A stretch of DNA of 64,000 nt, from NCBI GenBank assembly GCA_001949185.1, contig BDGG01000012.1:550973-614972 (forward strand), written 5' to 3'. This DNA is from Ramazzottius varieornatus (taxonomy: Eukaryota; Animalia; Tardigrada). Within the stretch, counting starts at the first letter, position 1. Each line of letters opens with the position of its first letter. The notes beneath the pieces are model-generated. The model worked only from the letters and a program-made list of their open reading frames with translations, was not told the origin of the DNA and made no database searches. Both the position numbers and the translations under genes were made by a program. Of this stretch, positions 25,050 through 37,743 are shown in pieces.

Positions 25050-26420
25050 TCAGCACTTCGTACGCTTTTTCCTGACTGTGCGGACCCTCCTTGATTTTAT
25101 TTTTCTGGGCGCCCTGCGTGTGACCGCTCTGGAAGGTTTGGGTGCCTTGGGAGGTGCCATAGAGAAATTCCTTTCAAAGATGTCGCCAGCTTCCGCCTGT
25201 GAGCGGGATGGACTGACGGAACAGGTTCTCCCAAAGGACACAGGAGACCGAGAGGGCGAATCGTTCAGGTAGATCGTCGAACTGTCGGAACGGAATACAA
25301 GTGCTGGCGAGACACCCAGTCGTGAGCTCGAGGGGTAAGGAGTGAAAGAACAGGATGCTAACGAGCAACTGCACGAGGGAGGGCAACAGGGATCTGTACA
25401 TGTATCGCACTCCAAGGTACCCGATAAACTGTAGAAGGAACCCGATGGTCCCAAATCGGTCTCACTGGCTTGTACCCTCTTTATTTTGGCCTGAACTCCT
25501 ACGAAGACGACCAGTACAAACCCAGACTGCATTCGTAAGATAGATGATGTGAATTGGATTACTCTTAATTACGTGTCTGATGTCATCGCGGTAACCGCGC
25601 GATGACGTAAAACGCACGAAATCAAGGGCGAAGTGGCGTTCAAATAGCGCACGTTTTTACCGTATTTGGCAGTAGTGTGCGCCACTTGGAAAAACGGTCT
25701 CGTTGACGACCCAATTCGTTCTACGAACCAACTCACTCTCTCACTCACAAAGAAACAAGGTCAGTTCTACCTATTGAAGTACATCATACCCTGGCGTTCG
25801 AGCTCTGCCGTTGAGCAATTGTTCCCAGTGGACGCGGGTCTCGCACAAGGTTTTCCACAAGTACAAGCATCACAGTCGATCTTTCTAGGCCGCCCTCTCT
25901 TCTTTCGAATGATTAATATATGCTCGATTTTCTTCTGGACATCCTGCCGAAAGGCATTTGGATTTCCCTGAATGGAAGAAAAAAAATATGCTTCGGTTAG
26001 AAGAGGCAGACGGAAGTTGAACTTCCTCGTGCATAAAGAAAAAACAAAATGTACCAGCTCGTACTCTTTGCTGCGTTTGGAATTATCGCGAATTTCACAG
26101 TCCAGTAAGATTTCATTCTTCTTCTCGCTGCAAAGTTCAACGATCAAACAAGCCCCGAAGTGCATACAGAAAACGTAGGGCTAATGAGGGTTGAGGGTAG
26201 ATTCAGTCACCTGTTACCTTGACAAGGGTTCCGTCCTCCGCACGGGAACAGGTGTACGAGGTGGGCAGAAGTTAGCTGGTGTCGTTCGAGGGTTAACAGG
26301 TGTACGATACGGAGATTTGGATCGACAAGGAACTGGAGATACTCGGCTTCGACGGCGCATCGGAGGCGGGACAGCTGGAAAAAGTGGTATAGGTATACAT
26401 TGGCATTCGAAGAACGACAT
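25050..26420 (-). CDS. Orphan Pro/Ser/Cys-rich basic protein with an AT-hook-like motif (4 coding exons)
   Basis: ORF segments join in frame through GT-AG introns (approx. exons 26219-26420, 26055-26127, 25789-25967, 25050-25498). Contains KKRGRPRK, Cys clusters and an Arg/Lys-rich C-terminus. Confidence 0.6.
25641..25702. repeat. 77-bp palindrome family copy (AT-hook gene intron)
   Basis: caaatagcgcac-24nt-gtgcgccacttg gaaa aacggtctcg. Confidence 0.78.
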
Positions 26421-26684
26421 GACGATAATATGAATGCTTTAGTACGGAATGTCTGGAGTGTCACAGAAGAAGGCGTATATCTTACGTGGAAAAAAGAAGG
26501 CCCATGCCTGTCCCAGAAAGTTCATATCCGCACCATCTCATCCGGCGATAGAGTATCCACGAGAACACGCACAGAATATCGACCACATTCCGGGTTCGGA
26601 TGCCAAAGGTGACTCTTACGCCTAGCGAGGATCCCTATAGTAACAAGAAACGTTTAGAGCGCCGGCAAGTGAATTGACCTGATC

Positions 26685-26760
26685 CATGATTGTTAACTTG
26701 AGTGGCGCACCTTTCCTCTGATATTGACTGAAAGTGTACGCCACTTGGGAAAACGATCTC
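26685..26760. repeat. 77-bp palindrome family copy (likely 5'UTR intron of the AT-hook gene)
   Basis: tgagtggcgcac-25nt-gtacgccacttg ggaa aacgatctc. Confidence 0.82.
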
Positions 26761-27049
26761 CGCTCAAGTCATTTGCTGACGTTAATATTCCGACCTCAAT
26801 TTTTGAGTACCACCGGTCTCTTTTACTGCTTTCATCACCAACACGTCGCGGCTACCACGAAACTAAAAAGGTAAAACACCTCCAACACAGATGAATTCAA
26901 CGCGCAAAAAATAACCGTCGTCAAATTCGAACTCCACATTCATGATTATGAATCTATGGTTTAGATGGAGAAGGTCGAAGAAACATATTTTCGTCGTATC
27001 ACAGCAAACAGTCTCGACAGAGACTTCCGGTAAAGCGCCACGTTCTTCC

Positions 27050-27629
27050 CTATTTTTTCATTTGGCGCTTTTGGAACTCTTCGACGACTTGTCCTATCCT
27101 CGTCACGGCGTCTCTCAGCTTATTGTCGATGTTCTGGTTATACTGGCCGGCCTTACCCTGCAGGCCTTCCATGAACTTCTGGCTGTCTTTGAAATCGATC
27201 CCTTTCTTCCCCATCTCTTGTGTGACTTTGGTGATAACCTCAGATCCTACAAAACCAGAGTTATATTCACTATATATACGCGATAATCTGTACACATAGC
27301 GAGAGCGAAAGTGTAAACCCTTACCGACTCCTTTGCCCCGGAAGAAAGCCGAAGCAGCCATCTGAGCGGCCCTCCGGAAGAGGTAGGAGTTGGCCAACTA
27401 GAAACAAGGCTCATTACGAATTTGCAGGATGGCAGGACGGTTATGGCTCGTCGGACTAAATACGCAGTCACAGTGCATATAACAGGCAATCCGTGACTTA
27501 CCTTCGATATAAGCTCCGGGTGGTTCATGAGGTACCTGAAAGTACGGAAAACATTCAGACAGTTGTGACCAGAGAAGTACATTCAACGGTATCTTGCACG
27601 TCTTACCTGGCGATAGTTCTGATAGGCAT
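27050..27629 (-). CDS. NCBP2AS2: NCBP2-AS2 (HIAR) homolog, small conserved protein (4 exons)
   Basis: Spliced MPIRTIARYLMNHPELISKLANSYLFRRAAQMAASAFFRGK... matches the family pattern (L..L..S.P.RRAAQ). Confidence 0.78.
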
Positions 27630-28439
27630 TTTCCACAGCGATGCCAATTGACTGGAGCTGAAGAGATTACAGGCGTATGTCGGACCGGGAGTCGCAATCG
27701 GCGGCTCGAGCGCTAAGGATCCGTCAAGACTGTAAGTTCGAGCTTCCAAAGTACGACTGCACGGCAAACCAGGATAAGACAGGATTACCCAGAGAGAATA
27801 CGGAGATCTTCCAGGATTAAATTGATCAGACTGATGCAAGGGTTCCGCGACTGCGAAACGGAAGTATAAAGCGGATTGTTTAAGCTGCCGTTGTTATGTG
27901 ATGGTAAATCAGCAATCAATCGGATGCTTGGCGATGAATGACATCACTGAAACACTAAGTGTCACGAGTACAATTATACGCAAAATGGGTGTCAGTTAGG
28001 CCAGATGGTAATAGCCAATCAAATTTGCATAGAGTCCAGCTAAACGTTGTTGTTGGTCACATTCGCACCTGCTGACTATCGCACTGCACAAACTCGTTGT
28101 GGTGTGGAACGATCAATCAATCATGCTTCCTGGCAGCATTCAAGCCAATCAAAAGTGCAAGGCGATAGTCAGCAGCTCGTCCATGGTTTTGATTCTTATG
28201 AACTATATCTATACGAAGAGGCAGCGCACTATACCGGCTGCACGACCTTGACACGATTAGCCAGCGACATGACTTCAGCGACACGACCTTTTGCCCATCA
28301 AACTCCTTCGCTGGTGATCAGCAGCGCATGACACGCCTGCATGCCTCTGAGAGCGCTTCCGCGCTCTTTGCACTCACGGCTTCGTAACAAATGGACAGAT
28401 GACCGGACATAGGGAGGAACCAAATGCTATTTTCAGATC

Positions 28440-29234
28440 ATGAATTTCCCCTTCAGCATGTTTGGAGGAATGATTGGAGCATATGCTCCTTACCAAATGT
28501 CAGGACTGACCACCGGATTTCCTATGGGTTTCCCGCTAGGACACCCGTTTAGCTTTTCCCTCCGTCCCTCCGCGGGTACGCCTCTGCTGGGAACTCTCGC
28601 TCAACCGAGATTCACGGCCGATGAGTGGCTGATCCTACAGGGGATGACAGCGACCCAACCAGATGTCCCATCCATCAGCCCTGGCGCTCCGGCCATCCAG
28701 CCGTCCAGCGTTCGCGTCTCTCAAGCCAGCTCCTACCATGCATCAACGATAACCAACAGCCCCGTTGGTACGGGTCGACCGGATGTGAAGACCAACCTGG
28801 GGTCGATCGGCCCACCGCGCAAGCCCTTCGATCACCGTCGCCTCGGCAATCAACCGCCTCAACACTGTAACTCAAACAGAAACCGAGGTCGGGGCAACGG
28901 TGGGCGTGGCGGTGCTTATGGCCGCTCTGACGGACGCGGTGGACGTGGCAGTGGACGTGGCAGTGGACGTGGCAGTGGACGTGATAGTGACGGACAACGA
29001 GGAGACTGCCCCCGGAACTGCGGAGGAGGGTGGCCCCCGAAAAGCCATCAGAACCTGAACCCGCCGAGGCAGGTGGATCAACCTGCCGTCGGTATTACCA
29101 GGTTCGGAGGGCGAGCCCAAGTCGGCGAAGAAGACCCTCGCGACGGACAGCAAAAACCCAACCACACACATGGACCAGCTCGAGCATCAAACCGGGAACG
29201 ACGGAGCCAGTCGGACATGGAAATGGACAAGTGA
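28440..29234 (+). CDS. Orphan intronless low-complexity protein (Pro/Phe/Met-rich N-terminus, RGG/GRGS-rich centre)
   Basis: 264-aa ORF with a biased composition: NRGRGNGGRGGAYGRSDGRGGRGSGRGSGRGSGRD, encoded partly by a GGACGTGGCAGT x3 tandem. Confidence 0.55.
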   Translation: MNFPFSMFGGMIGAYAPYQMSGLTTGFPMGFPLGHPFSFSLRPSAGTPLLGTLAQPRFTADEWLILQGMTATQPDVPSISPGAPAIQPSSVRVSQASSYHASTITNSPVGTGRPDVKTNLGSIGPPRKPFDHRRLGNQPPQHCNSNRNRGRGNGGRGGAYGRSDGRGGRGSGRGSGRGSGRDSDGQRGDCPRNCGGGWPPKSHQNLNPPRQVDQPAVGITRFGGRAQVGEEDPRDGQQKPNHTHGPARASNRERRSQSDMEMDK

Positions 29235-29797
29235 GAACCTGGACGAAGGCGGAAAGAACGCTCCCTCATTCCTTGTTTGGTAGTTAGCTCTCCCTGCTAT
29301 GTTTGTGCGAGTTTTCCACTTCCTTTCTGGTGCCTGATCTCGGATTGTAATCCATATGTGTCAATCTCTGAAGTTGGTCTTGATCGCTTCCACTTGCCAA
29401 AGCTGTTAGTACTGTATTTTTAGGCTTTGTTATCCTCTGACGATCGAGGAAGCCGTCGATCAGATTGTCGAGGCTCAATAAATCTATCTACAGGAGCGAA
29501 CGCTGTACAACCGCCAGTCAGCCGTATGACGTCAGTCTGTCACGGGACGACGCCTGTGCCAAGGCAGACCGTATATTACACACAGAACGCGTTCGAATTT
29601 ATCGTTCTGGTATGTTTGACTAACACTGATCGTTTGACTGAGCCCAACTCGCTCTCAGGCTCGGCCATTTTGGCGTACTTTGTTCGCGCCATGTCTCATC
29701 TTTTAGGCCTCAGGTCAACTCTGCCAATACATTAGAATAATCCTGAAGAACTGGTCTATAACTAGCTGGAAAACAAGCCAAGATTGTATCTTGCAAC

Positions 29798-31091
29798 CAT
29801 AGGTTCCCAGGATCGAATTCAATTTGTGCAGTAGAGGTAAGCTGGATATCCGTCTTCATTTTTTCGACCAATGGGAAGAAAAAAATGGATTCTTCTGCGT
29901 GTCTTGATGCAGGTGATAGTACAAGGTTCCTGATGTGTACGAAGAAAGAATCGAGCCGATCTGACGGTTGACTACTCTTTAACGACCGGCCGAATTTTGT
30001 CGACTGGTGAAGCGTGAAATCCGTCTTACTATATGTTCACGGTGCTCGCTCGCGCACTCATAACGTAACCTCGAGAATGTAGGTAGTCGTTACTGAAGGA
30101 AAGAGTAAAGCCGTCCGAAGTGAACAAAGCCACACTAAACGCATGGTCAGCTTTGTTCGCGCATGGCAATATCTAAACCAGTCTGTTTCTTGCACGTAGC
30201 TGTAAAAATATTCGAAAGTGAACTAGCCGAAAGCTACGAGCGCAAGCAAGATACAAGTTCAGAAGGTTCGGGCAGGTGCCGTCAGAGTTTCACGATGCTT
30301 GTATTCAGTCCTGGTTTGCCCGCCATGCCATAACGAGAACTCGAATAACAACTTCTTGTTCTGGAAATTATGATTTAATCGACTTGTGAATTTTAATGTG
30401 TCTACATATTAGAGGGACGGGGATAGTCTTATGTTATCATCAGACATAATATGGAAATCCGAAAGGAAAAATTCTGGAGAGATTTGTCAAGAGCTGTTTC
30501 CATAATGAAACCTTGCTTATCACTGAAAATATTGCATCTGACTTCTGAAAGTGCTTGCCAATAATAAACGGACGCGGTTTCGATTGCGTAACTCACGCCT
30601 GTTGGACAGAAAAATTCGCGTTTGTTTGGCATTAATATCATACCTTTTTTGTAATGAGTGCCTATGCAGTATCTGCTTTGGTCTGTCGAACCGAACTTGT
30701 CATGCTGAAGCGTTCTGCTCGATCCATTGTGTCGGTATTGCTCATTATCTGTTGTCGCGTAACGGGTAACATAAAGATGCGCAGTGCTATGGTTGATAAA
30801 TTTTATTACTTACAGGGAAACTAACCTTACAATACCGTGATCATGATTGTAAAGCACAGAAGGCTTCACTGAGGCACTATACCGTTTGGAATAGTCGACC
30901 GGTCATTAAAGTGTAGTTAACCGTCAGACCGGCTCGGTTCTTTCTGCCTACACCTCAGGAACCATGTATTATCGACCTGCATCAAGACACCCGGAAGAAT
31001 CTATTTTTTTCTTCCCATTGGTCAAAAAGATGATGATGTATATCGAGCTTACCTCTTCTGCACAAATTGAATTCAATCCTGGGAACCTATG
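29798..31091. mobile_element. Non-autonomous DNA transposon with ~195-bp TIRs and an 8-bp target-site duplication (P/hAT-like, foldback-type)
   Basis: 29798-~29993 is the imperfect reverse complement of ~30895-31091. Termini are CATAGGTTCCC...GGGAACCTATG, flanked by CTTGCAAC (29790-29797) and CTTGCAAG (31092-31099). No transposase ORF inside. Confidence 0.85.
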
Positions 31092-32789
31092 CTTGCAAGA
31101 AAGGGTTTCTGAACTTGGTCGAAAATGTACGAGGTCAGGCTGGAACATGATCAAAAAACAGCCTGCCATACTAGGTTCCATTGCGTGAACAGGTGAGAGA
31201 TTGCATGTGCGTGCCATCGTGCTCGTTGAACGTGTGCATGCGCTTTACGTTCGATTTGGCCCCCGCAGTGACGTATTGCTCTATCTTTTTCGCGGACTGC
31301 CTTTTTCTATACTGTATACTCTCCCGAAATTCAGGTACGTTACTCCATTCAGAGTGTAAAACTAGAGAAAGAGTTCTCATACGGTAACCATAACAGTGAC
31401 GTACGTGAATCTCGGGAGAGCATACAGTAGCCATATCTGAGCAGTGGGCAGAGTAGATCAGTAAGGCGTGGCCAGATGACGTCATATGGAACGCGGTGTG
31501 GACTCAAAGAATATCCGCAGAAGACCAATCAACGCACAGGACCTCCAGTTTCGACAATTTTTATTGGCCGAATGGAGGCAGTTTTGATTTCGTTCTCGCT
31601 CCATACATCTCAAACTAGCCCCGCCTTGCTGATGTCTACTCTGCCCACTGCTCATTTTTGAACTTCCGGTTTGCACATCGTCTTTGCCTTCCAGATCCCA
31701 ACTTCTCTCCAACGACCCCTCTCGCTGAGCTTCAGGTTTCGTTTACCGATTACTTGCCTGGATGCATACGCATTGCGGGAGCGTCTGTCACTGATTCTGG
31801 TTGCTCCCACCAGCTCGGTATTGATAGGATCTACATCGTCGCCTATCCTCTTTGAAGCTCTGCCTCTGGCAAGTGACGGCTAATCCTCCCAAGTTCGCAG
31901 TGCGGAAAACGAGATGAGGATATCATCTGTGCTTTGTATATGGAAGTTTCCTAAAGGAAACGTATGGCTAGGGTAAGTTTCGTTCGTCTGGCTAGACAGA
32001 ATTACACCCTGTCCCAGCCAACTTGCTACCACTCATAATATTGAGTTGTTCTCGACTCGATTCTTGTCCAATTTCCATAGTATATTTCCTTGGTTCACTA
32101 TCCTATTTGCTATCTTAGAAAAATTATTGGCCGGAAATCGGTTTACAAAAAGTCGGAATCCACGCAAAACCAGAAAAGGTGCGAGGTGACAAAACACAAC
32201 TTTTGGAGTTTTCACGATCATCATTCTCAAAAATTAATTTCTCAGTATGTGACTGAGCTCCTGACGTTTTGTTGTTGATAATAGAACTGGGTCTCAGCTA
32301 CCTAAGAAGGGCTCGGAAACGTGAATCTACCGTTCAGAACCATAGTCAGAATTTTCGCCGAAAAACGGTTTTCCCGGCAAACTAGCCAAATTTACCAGGT
32401 TTAATTCATTTGCCGAGCTAGTTCGGTATTCCTATGGCTTTTTCCGATCCTTCCAGACTGCTCAGATAGTTGTAGGCGCAGCTACATCAGATCGGAGATC
32501 GCAACTCAAGCACAGGATTCTGTAGACTGCATTTTAGTCGCGGCGACATGTCTTCCCCACCGGAAGTCATATCAGTCAAATGTTCAAAGCTGTTTCTTGC
32601 TGTATCGTATTGAATTATGGCTCATTCGATAGAGCTCAAAAAGTTGTACGAACAGTGCAGACTAAGGAACGGAAAAACAGTAAGCTGAGTTTTCCGACGT
32701 CGAAGTTCGAGGTGGTAGCAAGTTGGCTGGGACAGGGTGTAAATGGCGGTTGGAACGGTGGTCCTCCGAACTTCTCTCAAATGTGTTAG

Positions 32790-33217
32790 ATGATCTTTAC
32801 AATCACATGTGCGGAGTTCGAGGAAACGGTACTATCTATCTGTGCAGGTCGATCGAATGTATGCTCTGATTATAGGAAACATCGCCTGGTACCTCCGCAA
32901 GGACAAGGCGCGAAGGCTTCAGAGTTCAAGAGACTGATCCGCGAGTATGAAAACATGAAGATTCTAGCGAAGCCTTACTTAACAGAGGTAACTACTAAGT
33001 TGATTAGTTCTTAGTTGATTATTGTCTTTCCCACAAATTTTTTTTTGATATTCACCTTGTATGTTTTTAGGCCGAAGAGAGCTGCCAGCCGGACTGGAGC
33101 ACAGCTCAGAAGCAACTGGCCAGACATGAGGCTATGCGGCTCAATATGAAGGACATGAGGCATCAGACGATGGAAGACCATTTCTTTTACCTCACCAGAG
33201 GTAAAAGATTTGTATGA
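32790..33217 (+). CDS. MRPL57: Mitochondrial ribosomal protein mL63 (MRPL57/MRP63); 5' exon structure uncertain
   Basis: KHRLVP...KRLIREYENMKILAKPYLTE|AEESC...HQTMEDHFFYLTRGKRFV* follows the mL63 pattern (GKHR..., E.EN...L..PY.T.E.E, H....D....L...K.W). Confidence 0.72.
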
Positions 33218-33534
33218 CGAACGATTATTCTTTAGTTTTCCGATCTAATTATTTGTGAATACGGCTGTGGTCCCTCAGTTTGACCGTAGTGTTCGTCAGT
33301 GTAAGTTTTGTTCGTAAGACTTTTGACTCTTCCCTCTGTACATTTCATCTCATGACTGGAAATAACTGCGGCTTCTCGAAACGGATACTAGATCGACATC
33401 ATGCAGGTTTCCGAGTGGGCCGCCAACCGCAGTTCTCTAAAAACACGACACCAGTGTCACTGCTGAAGAATATAAAATCAAACCCAGAAATACTTGAGTG
33501 ATTTAGATAAATTAAAAGCCATCAAGTCATGGTT

Positions 33535-36500
33535 TCATGAATGATCCGCACTGAAAACTTTTTCCGCTGTTCGAGTCAGCTCAGGGTCCTGCCTAGAAAA
33601 AACGTTGTTCCAACATTACTATTACGTGACGGACAAAGCCTGAAACATCCGTTAAAATCTATAAAAATCACGTGGCGCTTACTCAATTATGCTTCTGGTA
33701 ATTGTGGCTCCTTTGGAAAGTATCTCTGCAAATCGAGAAACCACCGGGTCGTACATCAGACTGGACGCCGCAACGACCGTATCATCTCTGGAACGAACCA
33801 AAATAAATGTCAGCACATACATACAGCGTATGTTGTACGCGGAGATTCCAGGAAGCAAAAGGATACTAGAACCGGAAGTCTGTGTATGAGTGAGCGGATC
33901 TGGGGAAAATACTCACTTCAAGTAATAGGCGACAAATTTCAGTCCATTGAGTGCGCCATGTATAAAAACATCGTTAAATTCTAAACCGAAGCCTAAAACA
34001 AGGTCCGTCGGGTCAGTACAGTCTCTTTATATCGAAAAGTGAAAGACAGAAGTCTTCGACTGTACCTGCATATCTAACGCTCTTTGTGAACATAGTTGTC
34101 CAGAAATAAGGGACAGAAGTAAAAGGCACCCGCTTCCCTATAATACTCAACGCGGCTGTGCGGCCTTCCAACACAAAGAACATGAATTTATACTTAGGTA
34201 CCAACTGTCAAAGCATACAGGTTCAATAGATCAAACTTACCTTGAGACTGGGCGACATTCCAGTGTCCGATCGTCACTCTGGTACCACCAAAAGGAAAGT
34301 CCGTACAGTCTCCCGCAGCATAAACATTTGGGATCTTTGTGGCCATAAACTGAAAACAGAGTGCAAGTTTGGAGAATAGCCATCTGACGTTCAAGTCCTC
34401 TTAAGCACACAAACCTCATCCACAACAATCGCTCCGTTTCTCGGGGAGAGCTCCAACAAGGTCTTCTCTAAGAACCCAGTTGAAGGTATCGTCCCTATAC
34501 CAGCTACCAGGATATCAATTTCCACGGTGTACATATTGGTCAACGTGACTTTCTTGAGAAGTTGTGTATGCTTGTCTCCTTCGAACGACTGAATGCGAAC
34601 TTCGGGAACGAAACTCACTCCTTTCTTCTGGAAGAGCTCCTGGAAGTAAGGAGGAAGACAGTGAATGACACAGCTTCTTCTCCAGGGAAAACACATACGT
34701 ACGGTCTTGAGTGCTTCACCGACGAGTGGTCCGAGGGAGGCTTGGAAGGGTTCGCGGGTGTTGCTGATGACCGTCACAGCCGCTGCCTTATCTGCCAAGT
34801 AAGCCGCAACCTGGAACACAAACCATACTCAGTCAGAAGGGAGTTTCGACCAAGCTGGTGAACCGCACGTACGAGTGTCAGATGAGCAACACTTACCTCC
34901 ATCCCGATGAAGGAGGAACCCAGTATGGCGACATTCTTGCCTTTGGCAGCATCACAAATGGCCTTTGCATCGTCGGTCGTCCTCAAGTAGTGGATGTTCT
35001 TCCAAGGACCGCCAGTTATTGCATCCGAAAGAGTCCGTACATGCTGACCCACAGCAAGAACCAGAGTGGAGTACCGTAAAGACTGTTCTTCGATGCCGCC
35101 TTTGACACTAAGAGTCTTGTTTTCAAAGTCCACAACTTCGACCTATTGCGAACGAAAAACAGACATCGTTCGCTCAACGCGTCCATTTCCGGTATGGAAA
35201 AGCTCATTTCCTCCAGCACCTACGTACTGTCACGTTCTTCCATAGCTCAATGTCATATTCTGCGAGGAAATCCTCCTTGCGAAGGAGTAATTTGTCGACA
35301 GGTGTATCCAAGCCCTGCGAAATATCAGCGGAAGCTGCTTGATGGTGCTTCGCCAAGATCGGCTTGGGGAGTTACCTTGGACAATTTGGTCCTGAAATTT
35401 GTTAAAGACTAATTAGAAAACCGGTTCTCACTAGTCTGTTGGAAGCGTGACTGTACCTTACCGGTCGTATGGTGCATAGTTTTCTCCAGTCAGCATGACA
35501 ATGCGTCCGGTAAAGTTTTCTTTTCTGAGCGTCTCCGCGCAAGTTAAGCCGGCACAGCCTATGACAAGGCTTGTTAATCATCTCGTGAGAAAACACGTCA
35601 ACACCGCGGATGAACCGGCAAGCATGACGGAGGAATCTTAGAGCCACATACCTCCGCCGACAATGACCACCGTATTGCTAACGTCATCACCATTCCGCTT
35701 GCACATTTGTAGGGTTCGTCGTTGATTATCGACGTTCTTTGCATGGCCGCTGATGACAACGGTGTCATTCTCCGTGGTCACCTGCAACAGAAACCATCTA
35801 CATAAGAGCGAGGTGCATTGTTGGTCGTAGTCGTATATGTACAGCATACCTCGAAGACGTGAACGCCGTCTACGCAAGGATACTCTTCAATGTCACCGGT
35901 CTTTGTGTTGAAGCATGCGCCATGCCATGGGCATCGAACCCGGTTTTGCCCCATGGCTCCTGTAGAAACAACGGAAGAAAGAACATAACTCCTTTACAAA
36001 GCTATATAACTGAAGCGCGCTGTTTTTCCTACCGTTCTTCAGTAACGCAAGGTAGTGGGAGCAGGCGCTACCCATTGCGAAGTACTGGTTATCGTAACCT
36101 TTGCCTGAAACAACCCATCAAATTTGCCAACGCCAGTTTAGATTCATAGTCCAAATGAATTAGGCTGGCGTGCGTATGAGGAGTGAGGAATTGATCAACA
36201 CTGCGCAAGCAAGGTGAAGGATCTTAAACTCACCTAAAAGAACCTGTTGCTTCTGCCCGGGTATTGCGATATTACGCATTCTGCAAAATGTTGAAAGAAT
36301 TGTTTCTTTCAACAAAATATGCCTGAAATCAAACTCGGGCACATACTCTCCGATTTTCATCTCGTCGACCTTGCAGGCCTTCACTTCAAAGTAACCAGCG
36401 GCTTCCGCCAGGGATAACCGTTTCACCTCGTCGCCGGGTTCTTTCTTCTCCATCACGGCGGGCGGTTCGGTCTTTGTCTCAATCATAACTAAAATCAGAA

Positions 36501-36645
36501 ACGAATCGTGTGGCTGCAATGCCACAATACACAATTCAGTTGCAAGCTTGCAAGGCGGAAGTAGAGCATATCAATTTACGAGTTTTCCACGTTCCCTATA
36601 CTCCATTCGACCTACGATAGCATGCCCATCTTTACCTTTGTCCAT
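33535..36645 (-). CDS. AIFM3: AIFM3-like Rieske [2Fe-2S] + FAD/NAD-dependent oxidoreductase, multi-exon
   Basis: Rieske ligands ACSHY and RVRCPWHGACFN. FAD-binding VVIVGGGCAG, YDR..LSK, GSSFIGMEVAA, VYAAGDC, IGHWNVAQSQG and SVPYFWT...KSVRYAG. Confidence 0.9.
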
Positions 36646-37743
36646 TTTGCCGCGTCCACTATAAGATCCTCTTGACTGGAAGCTGCAGCAACGTTCCTCC
36701 CAGATAGGTGGTAAGGTGTTGGATCCGGGGACGGCGTTAATGGCACTTCAGCTACAAGGGAATATACACGTTACAATTTATCCACTTTACCAATGGGTTC
36801 ACCGTTCTGTTTCCCAAGTTATACGAAGCCTTCGCCTGGCTGCGCGAAAGATCAATAGCGAGCATGGAAAGCTAAACGAAACGGTGTTACTTACAGATCT
36901 TTGGCTCGTTGCATCCCATCGCGTGAGCCAAAGCTGCAATCGACTCCTTTCCGGAGCATGCCCTGCAGGATCATCTGCAGACTCATGGCTAACGGTTGAG
37001 CACTTGTCAAGCTGTTACTTCATATCTAACGGTTTGTGATAACATTTAAGCCGGCAACAATAGCAAGCAGATCCGTCAGATAAACCTGTTCACCGAAGAG
37101 ATAATCGATACCATGTAAGACGTATGTCGTGATGGCGTATAAGAAGACTTCCGGTCCGTCACCTCCTTTGCAGTTGTGCCGTAACTGCCGTTAATGGTTC
37201 ATTTTATTGCGAATTGTTCCTGCCGAAGAAGATCCACTAAGTAGCCGGAGCTCCTACAAAGAAGTGAATTCGATATGAAAGTTTGCGGCGACGGACAGAA
37301 AGACTAGTCCCAGAACTCACAAACCACGCAAAAGCCAAAAGTTTAAACCAAATTTGGCTACAGTACATTTCATTTTCGGTCAACCCCAGCAAACCGAAGC
37401 TCAAACACATTGCGGTTCGGGTTGACATTTACCTCTGTGCTCAAGTTATCAATCAATCCTCGTCCGAACGGCTTGGGTCTGACGAACCGGTCGAACCGAC
37501 TCTTTTACGTTTGGACCAAGTCGCCAGCTCTTACTTTAAACAAAGGCCTTACTACCTACAGGAATTTTCTGAGTTCCGGGAGTAGATCAGGAGTCCAGGA
37601 CAAGATCATGATCTTCAGTCTACAGTCATTGCAGTGTTCATCGTTTGATAGTGGTTACTCGTCGTATCTATAAGACTCGAACTGTGTAGCTGCAGGCAAA
37701 GTGCTGGAATCTGCGAAGTACGAAGAGCGTGTCGACAGCGCGC

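Noticed and set aside
32340-32437. CCATAG...CTATGG-bounded segment resembling the termini of the 29798 element
   Set aside because: The inverted match is only about 6 bp and there is no TSD.
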